NCBI GenBank assembly: GCA_963833125.1
Contig: CAWHWX010000001.1
Span: 1 to 64,000 of the forward strand
Length of the DNA stretch: 64,000 bases
Origin: Candidatus Bathyarchaeota archaeon
GTDB lineage: Archaea > Thermoproteota > Bathyarchaeia > 40CM-2-53-6
Reading direction: 5' to 3'
The notes beneath the pieces were generated by a model, which had not been told where the DNA came from, did not search any database, and saw nothing but the letters and a program-made list of their open reading frames with translations. Shown piece by piece: positions 20,579-31,469 of this stretch (the stretch's first letter is position 1; every line of letters starts with the position of its first letter). A program made the translations under genes and the position numbers.

Positions 20579-21628
20579 GTGAAATTCATGCCAACATATG
20601 CTGAAAGCAAGTGGAGGGAACTCGGGGTTCAAATGGTAGAGGCTTCGGGAGTTTCTTCGGAAGACGCGCGAACAATCACAGATGTCCTAGTTTCAGGCAG
20701 CCTGAGAGGAATTGATTCTCATGGCGTCCGAGTTCTGCCTCGCTTCACGGAGAAGAGACGCAAAGCGGAGATGAAAGTGCTGAAAGAGATGCCGGCAACC
20801 GCACTGCTTGATGCCGGCGGTGCGTGGGGTCCCGTTTCAGCTAAGAAGGCTATGGAAATCGCAATCGAGAAGGCCAGAAAGATGGGAACTGCCTCCTGTA
20901 GCATTGTCAACGGCGAATGGATCACCAACCTCTTCTATTACTCAATGATGGCGCAGGAAAATGACATGATCGGAATTGCATTAGCTCGTGAAGGCCCAGT
21001 TTGTGCGCCTTGGGGAGGTACTAAACCGGTGACCGGTACGAATCCGATGAGCATCGCGATCCCCGCTGGAAAGCGGTTCCCAATAGTTTCGGATTTCGCT
21101 ACTACAATAGTTGCTGTGGGACATGTGAAGTCACTCCTCTTGGAAGGTAAACCAATACCTCAAGACTGGCTGATCGACAGACAAGGAAACGCGCTGAAAC
21201 CAGGTGACCTTACTATGCAAAATATCGATGCAACATTAGAGAAGCCATCATCACCATTCGCGCTTCTCCCCTTCGGCACGTACAAAGGCTACGGAATCAA
21301 CGTGGCCATCGACGTGCTTGGAGGGGCATTGAATCTGTCGGGCACTGGATCCAGGGCAAAGGGACAAGGAGCACTGATGACAGCCATCAACGTGGAAGCT
21401 TTCGTGCCCGTCAAAGACTTCAAAGACGAAGTCGACCGACTAATCGAAGAAATCAAATCATCACCAACGAGACCCGGCTTCCAGGAAGTCCTTCTTCCAG
21501 GAGAAAGAGAACATAAGACGATGAACCAGAGGAAGAAAGAGGGGATACCCATAGACGAGAAATCCTGGAAGGACATTGTTGATACCTGTATGAAATTAGG
21601 CATAGACGCAACGAAGATGATGAGCTAA
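20579..21628 (+). CDS. Ldh_2 family oxidoreductase (type 2 malate/lactate DH; DpkA/ComC/AllD clan)
   Basis: LRGIDSHG, GTNPMSIAIP, DFATT, LLPFGTYKGYG and LLPGERE. Confidence 0.88.
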   Translation: MKFMPTYAESKWRELGVQMVEASGVSSEDARTITDVLVSGSLRGIDSHGVRVLPRFTEKRRKAEMKVLKEMPATALLDAGGAWGPVSAKKAMEIAIEKARKMGTASCSIVNGEWITNLFYYSMMAQENDMIGIALAREGPVCAPWGGTKPVTGTNPMSIAIPAGKRFPIVSDFATTIVAVGHVKSLLLEGKPIPQDWLIDRQGNALKPGDLTMQNIDATLEKPSSPFALLPFGTYKGYGINVAIDVLGGALNLSGTGSRAKGQGALMTAINVEAFVPVKDFKDEVDRLIEEIKSSPTRPGFQEVLLPGEREHKTMNQRKKEGIPIDEKSWKDIVDTCMKLGIDATKMMS

Positions 21629-21776
21629 GATCTCAAACGACTTCCGAAATCCTGTTTCCACGCGCGGTGTTGAGCCGTCTAGGCAGAGTCGAAAAATGAT
21701 TGTTTTCTTTTATCGATTTGTAGGATTAGGGTTAATAAATCGCCGAACTTCACGCCGTCACTGCCGGCTAAATCAG

Positions 21777-23112
21777 ATGCAACTTACGGGACCGAAGATA
21801 ATCGTTGAGCCGCCTGGACCCAAGGCGAAGGAAATTATCAAGCGCGATGAAAAATTAACCTCTCCTTCCCTGACTAGAACAGCGCCACTTGTGGGCGTTA
21901 GGTCTGAAGGGGTTTGGGTTGAGGATATTGATGGGAATGTTTACTTGGATTTCGGATCTGGAATTGCGGTCTCAAATGTTGGTCATTCTCACAAGAAGGT
22001 TGTTGAAGCTATCAAGAAACAGGCGGATACGTGCGATCACATCAATAGCTGTGACTACTTTACCGTTCCCCAAGTCGAATATGCTGAAAAACTCCTGGCG
22101 AGGATGCCTGGTAACTTCACGAAGCGAGTTTTCTTCGGAAATAGTGGGGCTGAAGCGGTGGAGTGCGCGATTAAGATTGCAAAATGGCATTCCAAGAAGC
22201 CGTACCTGATCTGTTTCATTGGCGGGTTTCACGGACGAACGATGGGTGCTCTATCTCTAACAAGCACTTCTGCTGCTGCCAGAAAATTCTTCTTTCCGAT
22301 GATGCCTGGCGCCACGCACGTTCCCTACGCATACTGCTATCGATGCGTGTACGGACAGAGTTACCCGGATTGTGGAATGTGGTGCCTAAACTATATCGAG
22401 GAGGTAGTATTCAAGAAACTTGTTTCGCCTGACGAGGTTGCAGGGCTCATTGTAGAACCAATCCAAGGCGCGGGGGGTTACATCGTCCCGCCAAAGGAAT
22501 TTCTCCCAGGCCTAAGGAGAATATGCGAACAAGAACGGAATAATCATGATCGCGGACGAAGTCCAGACGGGGTTTGGTAGGACCGGCAAAATGCTTGCTT
22601 GTGAGCACTGGAATGTGATTCCAGATATCATATTGATGTCCAAAGCCATGGCAGGCGGACTCCCCATGAGCGCATGTATCTCAAGAGCCGAACTAATGGA
22701 CTGGGACCCTTCGGCCCACGAAAACACTTTGGGCGGGAACCCGATCGTCGTAGCTGCCGCGCTCGCTGTGCTCGATGTCCTTACAGAAGAGCGGCTGATC
22801 GAAAACGCGGAGAAGGTTGGAGCCTACATGCTCAAGAGATTTACCGAGATTATGGATGAATGCAACCTAGTTGGGGACGTACGAGGGAAGGGCATGATGG
22901 TAGGCGTTGAACTCGTAAAGGACAGAGAGACGAAGGAATACGCAACCAAGGAAAGAGACGACCTCATCCTCAGGACGTTCAAGAAAGGACTTCTAATTTT
23001 GGGAGCAGGACCATCTAGTGTTCGTCTTGCACCACCATTGATCACGACCACAGACCAAGCAGAAACTGGCATCCAAATATTCGAAAAAGAACTGAAGGCA
23101 GTCGCAAAGTAA
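21777..23112 (+). CDS. Class III PLP aminotransferase (GABA/acetylornithine-AT-like), indel near 22535
   Basis: PPGPKA, LDFGSGIAV, NSGAEAVE, GFHGRTMG, EPIQGAGG, DEVQTGFGRTG, SKAMAGG and TLGGNP. Confidence 0.9.
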
Positions 23113-23362
23113 TAGGCGAGTTCAGAACTCAAAGAATACCCGCTGACCTATCTTCATTGCAGTTAATGAAACGTAATTGTCGCTTAGCGATAGCTCTCGA
23201 GCTGCGCTGACGGTGCAGAAAGCATAAGTCGTGGGGTATTAATCGGGCTGCAAGCACGGTGATTGTCCAGTTGAACGGAGTTCCAGATTCTCTTGTCCGT
23301 TCAAACAGGGAAACGGAATGGGTTCTTGAACGCGGAGGGACAGAGCGATCATAAACTTAACA

Positions 23363-24814
23363 ATGAATGAAGCCGGTCTCGAGAGAACGGCGAAGAGATG
23401 TCGTGACAAGAATATCATCATCCCTACGTTCTCTCAGCTGAAAAATCCCAGCACCGCGCCCGACAAGATCAAGGAACAGCTGAAGCACATTGGATTATGG
23501 GATATAGTTCCGCAGAACTTGTTCAGAATCACATGGAAGAATGAACCCGTACCCAAGGGGGGACTCTTTCAATCTACTCCAAATTACATAGAATTGCCAA
23601 CTGAGTTGACCGGGGTTGAGGCACGCATAATCGCTTTGGTGGGAAAATGGTTCCCGACGGGTTCGCACAAGGTTGGAGCATCCTTCGGTTGCCTGGTACC
23701 TCCACTTGTTACCGGGCAATTCGACCCGACCGTGCACAAGGCCGTCTGGCCTAGCACTGGAAACTTCTGTAGGGGAGGAGCTTATGATGCGACTCTTCTG
23801 GGTTGTGATAGCATCGCCATCCTCCCCGAGCAAATGTCCCAGGAACGTTTTCAATGGCTCAAGACGGTAGCGGGTGAGATAATCGCCACACCCGGAAGCG
23901 AGAGTAACGTGAAGGAGATCTACGATAAAGTTTGGGAACTCAGGCGTACTCGGAAGGATATCTTCGTGTTCAATCAATTCGCCGAACCAGGCAACTACCT
24001 ATTCCACTACGACGTCACCGGACACGCATTCGAGGAAGTGATCAAACATGAAGCGAAAGGGAGTCGATTTCGCGGAGTCTGTTTCACCACGGGATCTGCG
24101 GGTACAATCGCTTCCGGCGATTACCTCAAACAAGTTTACCCAACTTCGAAAATTGCGGCAGGCGAAGCACTCCAGTGTCCAACACTCTTGCGGAATGGAT
24201 ATGGGGCTCATAGGATTGAGGGAATCGGAGACAAACACGTCCCCTGGATCCACAACGTAAGAAACACCGACCTAGTCATAGCAATCGACGACAATGATCC
24301 AATGAATTTGTTGAGGTTATTCAACGAACCAGCAGGACACGATTACCTGGTGAAAGATATTGGTGTATCACAAGAACTCGTCTCCCAACTTGATCTGCTT
24401 GGAATTTCGAGTATAGCCAACGTCCTAGCGGCGATTAAGTTCGCAAAATATTATGAGCTTACACACAATGATCTCATCCTCACCGTATTCACCGATTCAG
24501 CAGAATTGTACCAGTCCAGACTACAAGAAGCACGCAAACAACAGGGCGAATACCAAGAACGCGATGCAGTTCGTGATTATGGTCAGCATCTAATGGCTTT
24601 GAAGACCGATTCGATGATGGAACTCAACTATAATGACAGGAAGAGGGTACACAACCTGAAGTACTTTACGTGGATTGAACAACAAATGATTGACCTCGAC
24701 GAATTGAATCGCCAATGGTATGACTACGAAAACTATTGGGGAGAAATACGGGGAATGACGCCTAAAATTGATGAACTGATCACCCAATTCAACGACAGAG
24801 TAGGCCTGTTGTGA
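23363..24814 (+). CDS. Extended PLP-dependent fold-II (cysteine synthase/TrpB-like) enzyme of unknown function
   Basis: GKWFPTGSHKVGA (PLP Lys), WPSTGNFCRGG, NQF, TGSAGT and HRIEGIGDKHVP, plus a ~130 aa helical C-terminal extension. Confidence 0.8.
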   Translation: MNEAGLERTAKRCRDKNIIIPTFSQLKNPSTAPDKIKEQLKHIGLWDIVPQNLFRITWKNEPVPKGGLFQSTPNYIELPTELTGVEARIIALVGKWFPTGSHKVGASFGCLVPPLVTGQFDPTVHKAVWPSTGNFCRGGAYDATLLGCDSIAILPEQMSQERFQWLKTVAGEIIATPGSESNVKEIYDKVWELRRTRKDIFVFNQFAEPGNYLFHYDVTGHAFEEVIKHEAKGSRFRGVCFTTGSAGTIASGDYLKQVYPTSKIAAGEALQCPTLLRNGYGAHRIEGIGDKHVPWIHNVRNTDLVIAIDDNDPMNLLRLFNEPAGHDYLVKDIGVSQELVSQLDLLGISSIANVLAAIKFAKYYELTHNDLILTVFTDSAELYQSRLQEARKQQGEYQERDAVRDYGQHLMALKTDSMMELNYNDRKRVHNLKYFTWIEQQMIDLDELNRQWYDYENYWGEIRGMTPKIDELITQFNDRVGLL

Positions 24815-24882
24815 TAACTAATCGGTTTCGTGCCTGATTTTGAATCAACGTCTCGACTGCCCAGTTTACAGACTCGGGAGCT

Positions 24883-26274
24883 TCATTCCATCGCCCATTT
24901 TGGTTTGATATCGATCTCCGCTCGCTGGAGAAGCTTAGTTGCCTTTTCATTCGCATCGTGAATGATTTTCTCTTCGTTTAGTGATTTGACAATTCTATTC
25001 TCCATGATGATTTTGCCATCGATTATCGTGGTTTCAACGTCTGACCCTTCAGCCGCGTAGACGATGTGGGAGACTGGGTTGAAGGCTGGTGTGAGGTGGG
25101 GCTTCTGCATGTTCACAATGATCAAGTCCGCTCTTTTCCCAGGTTCTATAGAGCCGATCTGGTCCTGTAGGCTGAGAGATTTGGCTCCATTGATTGTCGC
25201 CATTTCGAGCACCGTCTCAGCGCTCAGGACGAGAGGATCCATCGTCCTCACTTTTTGTAGAAGTGATGCGGTTTTCATTTCTCGAATCATATCATAGCTA
25301 TTGTTGCTGGGGCCACCATCGCATCCAATACCCACATTCACCCCCGTCTGCATCATCTCCGGCACCTTTGCCATGCCTGAGGATAGTTTCATGTTAGATG
25401 ACGGGCAGTGGGCCACGCTTGCCCCTTTGCGAGCCAAGATTTCCCACTCCTTCTCCGTCAACCACACACCGTGCGCGAAGACAACATTCGGGCCAGTCAG
25501 GCCTACTTGGTCCATGAATTCCGCGGGCATCTTACCAAACTCCTTCTTCGTGTAACGAACGTCCTCCTGAACCTCACTCAGATGCATCGTAACCCCAGTC
25601 CCAAGACGCTGCGCCCCTTCCGCAATCCGTCTGTATAATTCGGGAGTGCAACCCCCAAGTGATCGGGCGCCGTACCAAACCCTAATCCTATCATCAGCCT
25701 TGCCATTCCAACGTTTGAAATGGGTTTCAACTTCACGAAGACATGTTTCAGCGTCCTCGATCATCCCCGGGTGCATGATGCTCTTCTCCGACCCATACCC
25801 GGGTAAACCCATCACGGTCTTGGAGAGAACCCCGCGCATTCCAGCCCTGTCAACAGCCTCAGCGATTCCATCAAAACCGTAACGAGAGTGAAGCAGACTT
25901 TCGAGAAATGTAGTCGTTCCTGATTTGATCATCTCAAGCATGCAAAGCTCAGCGCTCACCCTTCCGTCCTGAGCGTCAAAATTACCTTGGAGAGGCCAAA
26001 CGAACTTCTGAAGCCAATCAATCAGCGACGTGTCATCAGCGCTACCCCGAATGAGGGCCTGCGCCAAATGTACATGTGTATCAACCAAGCCCGGCAGCAC
26101 AACTTTCCCTGTCGCATCAATCTCGAACTCCGCACGACGTTGCGGTTTAACATCACTTGCCTTCCCAACTTGTGAAATCAAGCCATTCTCGATGAAAACC
26201 GCACCATCTCTGAGCACTCGTCGATGCGAGTCCATCGTTACTACTACACCACCCGTTACGAGAATGGAAGTCAA
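24883..26274 (-). CDS. Amidohydrolase, MtaD/SsnA/guanine-deaminase-like subgroup
   Basis: PGLVDTHVH, MHLSE, FAHGVW, HCPSSNMKL, GCDG and GSIEPGKRADL. Confidence 0.9.
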   Translation of the reverse strand: MTSILVTGGVVVTMDSHRRVLRDGAVFIENGLISQVGKASDVKPQRRAEFEIDATGKVVLPGLVDTHVHLAQALIRGSADDTSLIDWLQKFVWPLQGNFDAQDGRVSAELCMLEMIKSGTTTFLESLLHSRYGFDGIAEAVDRAGMRGVLSKTVMGLPGYGSEKSIMHPGMIEDAETCLREVETHFKRWNGKADDRIRVWYGARSLGGCTPELYRRIAEGAQRLGTGVTMHLSEVQEDVRYTKKEFGKMPAEFMDQVGLTGPNVVFAHGVWLTEKEWEILARKGASVAHCPSSNMKLSSGMAKVPEMMQTGVNVGIGCDGGPSNNSYDMIREMKTASLLQKVRTMDPLVLSAETVLEMATINGAKSLSLQDQIGSIEPGKRADLIIVNMQKPHLTPAFNPVSHIVYAAEGSDVETTIIDGKIIMENRIVKSLNEEKIIHDANEKATKLLQRAEIDIKPKWAME

Positions 26275-26361
26275 TTCTATCTAACCAGGCACGTGGCTCA
26301 CTAGTAATTACGGCTTGTTGATAGGTGGCAGGAGTAATTCGTCATGTAAATTGAATTAGAG

Positions 26362-27135
26362 TTATTCGCGTACGAGTTCGTCAATGTCTCTGGTACCATT
26401 TCCGTTTCTCTCCGATTTGGGATCTCATCTTCCATCCTCTTGACTTAGGCTCTTTATCGATTCGATCTCGTAAAGTGTGATCTTTGAAGCCACATCCGTC
26501 TTATCCTCTTCCGAGAGTTTCTCAAGGGTTTGTGTTGTTTTTCTCACGTTTTCTAGGTTGGTTGTGAATGTTTTCCAAAGTCCCCAGTCGCGGGCGGTAA
26601 TATGCGCTAAATGGTCTGCGTTGATCGTGTCATCGTCCGATCCGCTAATCGGATGTTCCCTGAACAGCATTATCGTGTCTATAGCGTCCTTCTCATTCAA
26701 TTTGACTATCTGCATTTTCTCCAAGAGTAGCTCTGCGAGAGGAATCGTCGGGTAATCCACTTCAAGCCTATCTTTGAAGTCAATGTCGTGGCAGAACTCT
26801 AGCTTGTCTATGAATACATCGCAGTGTCTACCCGTGCCACTGGTCTCGTAAAATACTAGCCTAGACCCAAAGAGGGCTCTTACTCGTACGTCATACTGAT
26901 ACCCAAGCGCGGCAAAGAGAGTATTGATTCCTTTGGTTTCCTTCTTGTAGGAAGCGAAGTCTATGTCAGTAAATGTGCGTCCGAGCATTTCCTGCATGTA
27001 GGAAAATTTGGGGCAGTGTATGTGAAACGCAAGCGCCCCGAGCAACCTCAATAACACGCCTTCGGCCTTGGCTGCATCCATGATCCGATTTACTTCTTCA
27101 AGAAAGTCAGAATGTGCATTGCCATACTTTGCCAA
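26362..27135 (-). CDS. Uncharacterised nucleotidyltransferase-fold-like protein, C-terminal indels
   Basis: RLLGALAF...TDIDF (hG-x-DxD-like), DVFIDKLEFCH and LLLEKMQIV...KD. The shifted C-terminus reads PKSRGWKMRSQIGEKRKWY...DELVRE*. Confidence 0.6.
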
Positions 27136-27260
27136 GGTATCCTGCGGAGAGTCAATGGGCCCACCTAAATGAAATTTGACCTCAACGCCTTACAAGATGA
27201 ATACGAGTAAATTGGAATGCCTAAAGGGAGCTCGAATTTTCGGCTTGGTAACCAGTAGTG

Positions 27261-27280
27261 AACATAAATACGAAGATGTT
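27261..27280. promoter_or_regulatory. AACAT-N10-ATGTT palindrome overlapping the AT-rich promoter of APC copy 1
   Basis: AACATAAATACGAAGATGTT, conserved at the same distance upstream of the paralog (41104..41123). Confidence 0.45.
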
Positions 27281-27317
27281 AAATTCACACAAACCGACGC
27301 TTAGGATGGTCTATCTT

Positions 27318-28871
27318 ATGACAAATCAACCTGCGGCGTTTGTAAGAAAAGCTTCGGGACTTACGCAGAGACGTTTCCTTGTTAGATGTAGTCGGCCTGA
27401 ATATTGAGTAACATGTCAGGCGGCGCAGCCCTCGGAATCATCGGGTACACAATGGTATTGCTGTCATCAAAGCAGGAGTAAACCTGGTTTACGGCTCCAT
27501 AATCGCCTGGGCGATAACAATTCCAGAGGTCATTGTCTATACAATGATGACAACGAGGATCAGTCGAACCGGTGGCGATTATGTGTGGGTCTCACGAGTC
27601 TATGGCGGATTTTTCGGAGGAGCACTTTCATTCATGGGGTACACACTTGAGACCCTAGCCTATCTCGCCCTCATAGCGCTCGCAGCAGTAGTCGCGATTG
27701 GTTCTGTTGGCGTTTCACTTGGATACTCTAACATGCTTCCCCTCGCTTTGCCGGGTAGCGTCCCCGGCTCCAATCTAGCTGCGCAAGTCATTATTGCGGC
27801 GACTAGTCTTTGCTATTCTCATAGCAGTCAACCTCCTGAAGCCAAAGTAGGTTACAAGGTCGTTGCGATCACGAGTAATAATTGGAATCGCCGCAACTTT
27901 CGTAGGTAATTTTCGTACTTTTGGCTGCTGGGACGACTGGGCGTGCAAGGTTACATGAATTTTCTTAACTCGATCGGCGCCAACGCCACCTACACTTCGG
28001 TTTAATTGCCGTCTACTGCCCCAACGTTAGATTTAGGAGGCAACAATCTTCATGATGCCATTTTTCGCTATTTTCGTCTATCCATGGTTGAACGCCGGAC
28101 CAGCTGTTGCTTCCGAGATTAAGGGCAAGGGCGCTCTGCGATACAATGTCGTGATTTCGTCGGTTGTAACCCTCATAGTAGTGACCAGCGCGTTCGCAGC
28201 CATGTATTACGCTGGCGGATTACTACTTCATCAATGGCGCATTAGGTAATCGCAAATCTCGTATACAATTGGACTTTCAATTCTGGACTCTCGCAATGGG
28301 TGTCGCACAAATCACGCCATTGCTTGGTTCATCGGCTTCGGTTGGGTTCTATGGAATGTTGCCGTTTTAGCTTACGGAATCATCGTTCTCTCACGATACT
28401 TCTTCACGCAGTCATTCGATAGATTCCTACCAGAGAAGATATCATATATAAGCCCGAAGACTAATTCGCCCTCCATCGCATTACTGATCGAACTCGTCGG
28501 AACAATTGTTTTGATTGCATTCGCTTCGTTCTTCTACGGGAGCTTAGAAGCACTCTATGGAGCCATAGTCGCATCCATGGTCTACTTCCTCTTCATAGGA
28601 ATAGCCGCCGTACTATACGCCCTCAAGAACGAGAAAGGACAACCTAAGGCAATCCTGAATACAGCAGGGACTTTGATGGCGATCGTTTTTGCGATACCTC
28701 ACATACCAGTTCCTCGCCTATTCCAGGAATATGGGGAGGAAACCACTTGCGTACGGATAGGCCGCGGGTAGCTTCATCGCTGGACTCATAATTTACCAGG
28801 TGTCGAAATCATACCACGCCAAGCGAGGAATCGACATCACTCTAGCATACAAGGAATTGCCACCACTATAG
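27318..28871 (+). CDS. APC amino acid permease, copy 1 (many indels: low-quality read segment or pseudogene)
   Basis: Aligns end to end with 41160..42704: MTNQPAAFVRKASG, RTGGDYVWVSR, WLNAGPAVASEIKGKGALRYNV and GIDITLAYKELPPL*. Confidence 0.85.
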
Positions 28872-28976
28872 GGCTTCAGCCAATTTCACGATCTGAGTAG
28901 TCCACCCAAGCCACGACTAACCCGAAGAACAGTTCACTAGTACAGTGTGATTGCGCTGAGAATTGAGTACTGAGTA

Positions 28977-30341
28977 CTAGCGGAAACGAATTCCCAGCTC
29001 TTCCAACTCTTTTCTCACTTCGTCGTACTTGCTGCTCCATTCTTGCAAGGGTTGGATTGTTTTCAGATCATAACATTCCTGAAACGACTTACCTCTGTCG
29101 GGATTACTCAGCTTGTCTTCATATTTCGGAAGTAACTTTTGCAGAACCTCGTTGGCTTTCTCTCGTTTCATCCCCGCAGTCGCGTGCGCAACCTCTCCCA
29201 AGAGTCTAACCTCCAGTCCCGTATTATGATCGGGCACTTTGCCACCTGTAGCGCCGACACCTTCCGTTTGCATCCCTGCGACAGAGCTCACCATTGAATT
29301 ACACGCGACTTCGTACAACAGTTCTTTAGTTGAAGGACCATGGGAACAGTAACAGTCCTCAAAACTGAGGATATTCGTATTTCGCGAGAGCTTGGCCGAC
29401 CACGGCCTCAGCCCACAGCCCCCACCTATTTGCGTTATTCAGAAATTTTATGTGGGTATGACTCATGTGGTGGAAGTCCGCGTGATATAATACGGCACCT
29501 ACCAAGTGCTCCGCGATGGTGACGATCGCAAGTCCTTCGGGACCTGGTGCATATCCCCCGATTATTGGAGTCATCAAGTTATAGATAGAAGCTCCATAAT
29601 CAAGGAGAAACGCTGTCATCGAAAGATGATCATAGTCAACCTTCATCTCGTTCATCTGGGAAACCAGAATCCCATCTGTGGGTCGAATACCACTTACAGG
29701 ATCACAAGAGCAGATTTTACCTTGGGAAGTCAGCCCCGCAGCATCATCGGCAATATGCAGACCAGGTCGACCGACCCTATGTAACGCCTCCCGAGCCCAA
29801 AGGATGGCGCTTCGCACTGATAGGATCTCGAGAGGTGAACCTGTGCAAGGATTCTTTCTCCTCTGATTGTTTGGAGGGACCCTGCTTGGAAAGCATCCAC
29901 AACTGGTTCCTGAGCAATGCTTTGTTCGTTCTTCACATAGAGTTCACCTTCTGAAACCAACGTTCCAGTCGGTCCGCCCAGAATCATCGGCGGATTGCGA
30001 TCCTCTACAGTACGCTTTCTCACTACTCTGGAATCTCGGCCAGCACCCAACGTGAACTTCAGTGGGCAAGTATCGTAGCACTTCTTTGACTTCGCTCTCG
30101 CTAAAATACGATACGTCTACTCGTGTCCATACAAAGGGCACCCAAGTCACGGAAGAGAATGAAACCAGACCAGGTATACATCATCAATGAGACTATTATC
30201 GGTTGGAACTGAATTGGCTAAAATAGTACTTTATGCCGAATTACTTTCATTAGTGACATGGTCTTCGTGGTGACAATGGAATCGAAGTCGGTTGCTTTGC
30301 AGAAAGGGCCACTCATCGCTCTTTTCAGATACTTGAATCAT
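28977..30341 (-). CDS. mtmB: Monomethylamine:corrinoid methyltransferase MtmB homolog without pyrrolysine, several indels
   Basis: Fragments SGPFCKATDFD, VPTDNSLIDDVY, GGPTG, GRPGL, VSQMNEMKVD, PIIGGY, TGLEVR...EVAHATAGMKREKANE and GKSFQECYD follow MtmB in order. Confidence 0.85.
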
Positions 30342-31469
30342 CCTGTTTGACGTTACTCGCCCACTTATGGAAAATAGCACGCGCCACTCATCGATGCAGT
30401 TTTGTTTTACTTGTAAAGGTTTTGTCGATTTTCTCATGTCTGTTATCAAACCACATCTCGCTAGCAAATGACCCATACGACTTGAAGCATCCATTCTTCA
30501 CTGCGTTATCTCTCTAATGAAAATTTAATTCTAAATAATCTATTCATAAACAAAAGACGCGGGGATAAGCGACGTTTTCCAGTCTAGTTTACAGATTTTG
30601 CGAATTTCATTTCATCATCCCCTTTTATGGTCATCTCAATCTCTGTCTCGCCCCAATTTATGATGCGCGCAGAACCTATCGCGGGGGCTTACACTCGGTT
30701 GTCAATTTAATTGTCCGATACTCAGAGGAACATCATCCTTAGTACTCTTGATTTCAAGTCGTAGGTGTTGTTGGGAGGCAATGATTAAACCCTACGAGGA
30801 CCGTTCCACTATCAGGTCTATTAGTGTCCCACCCGGCAATTTTCTTAATGTAGATGTCAGTGGTTCGAGATACTGTCGCAGATGCAACGTCACATACAGC
30901 ATGAAGTGTGCGATGCCAATTCAGGAAAGCCTTGTGGCCCAAGAACAACTTTTAAGCTTCTTCCCTCGTGCAGCACTTAACTTATCGCGGAACAGAACGG
31001 AGACCGGCTCCCAAGAAGAATCACGTTTGGATCGGTTTCGAACCTTTTGACTTAATACTGTGTTCCCAGACTTCGTGACCAACTATGCAGTCGTCCAGTG
31101 TGATTACTAACAGCGGTTTTGAAGGATGCCGTAGACTGGACGAATGATTAAGCGCAGAGGACAACCTGACGGTCCAAAACCAACTTCGCCCATTCATTAA
31201 CGAACTCCAATCCCGCAAAACCAGTGGCTGCGCAAGCTTCTTGTTCCATGCGAAGTCATCACCGACTTTGTTCAGAGTTCTGCACTAAGCACACATTATC
31301 AATGCCACTAATCACAGTCTAGCTTCGAGATTGCAGCGTTGACTGTGTTCAGTGCCCAACCGCTCTTTGAGTTCCACGCCATTCTTGGCACAAGATTGTT
31401 GAAAAAGACGTGTGTCTAATGCAGGCACACTGCATAAGACGTGCTGGAGCTGTCTTCGGGATACCTTTC

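Noticed and set aside
21777-23112. GABA-AT-family amino acid racemase serving the cell-wall cluster
   Set aside because: As recalled, these racemases have Asp in EPIQGDxG. This protein has EPIQGAGG, which is more typical of a transaminase.
28977-30341. Pyrrolysine (TAG) recoding as the cause of the fragmented mtmB
   Set aside because: The breaks are frame changes, not in-frame TAG codons. The Pyl position is GCC, and no pylT or pylS was seen.
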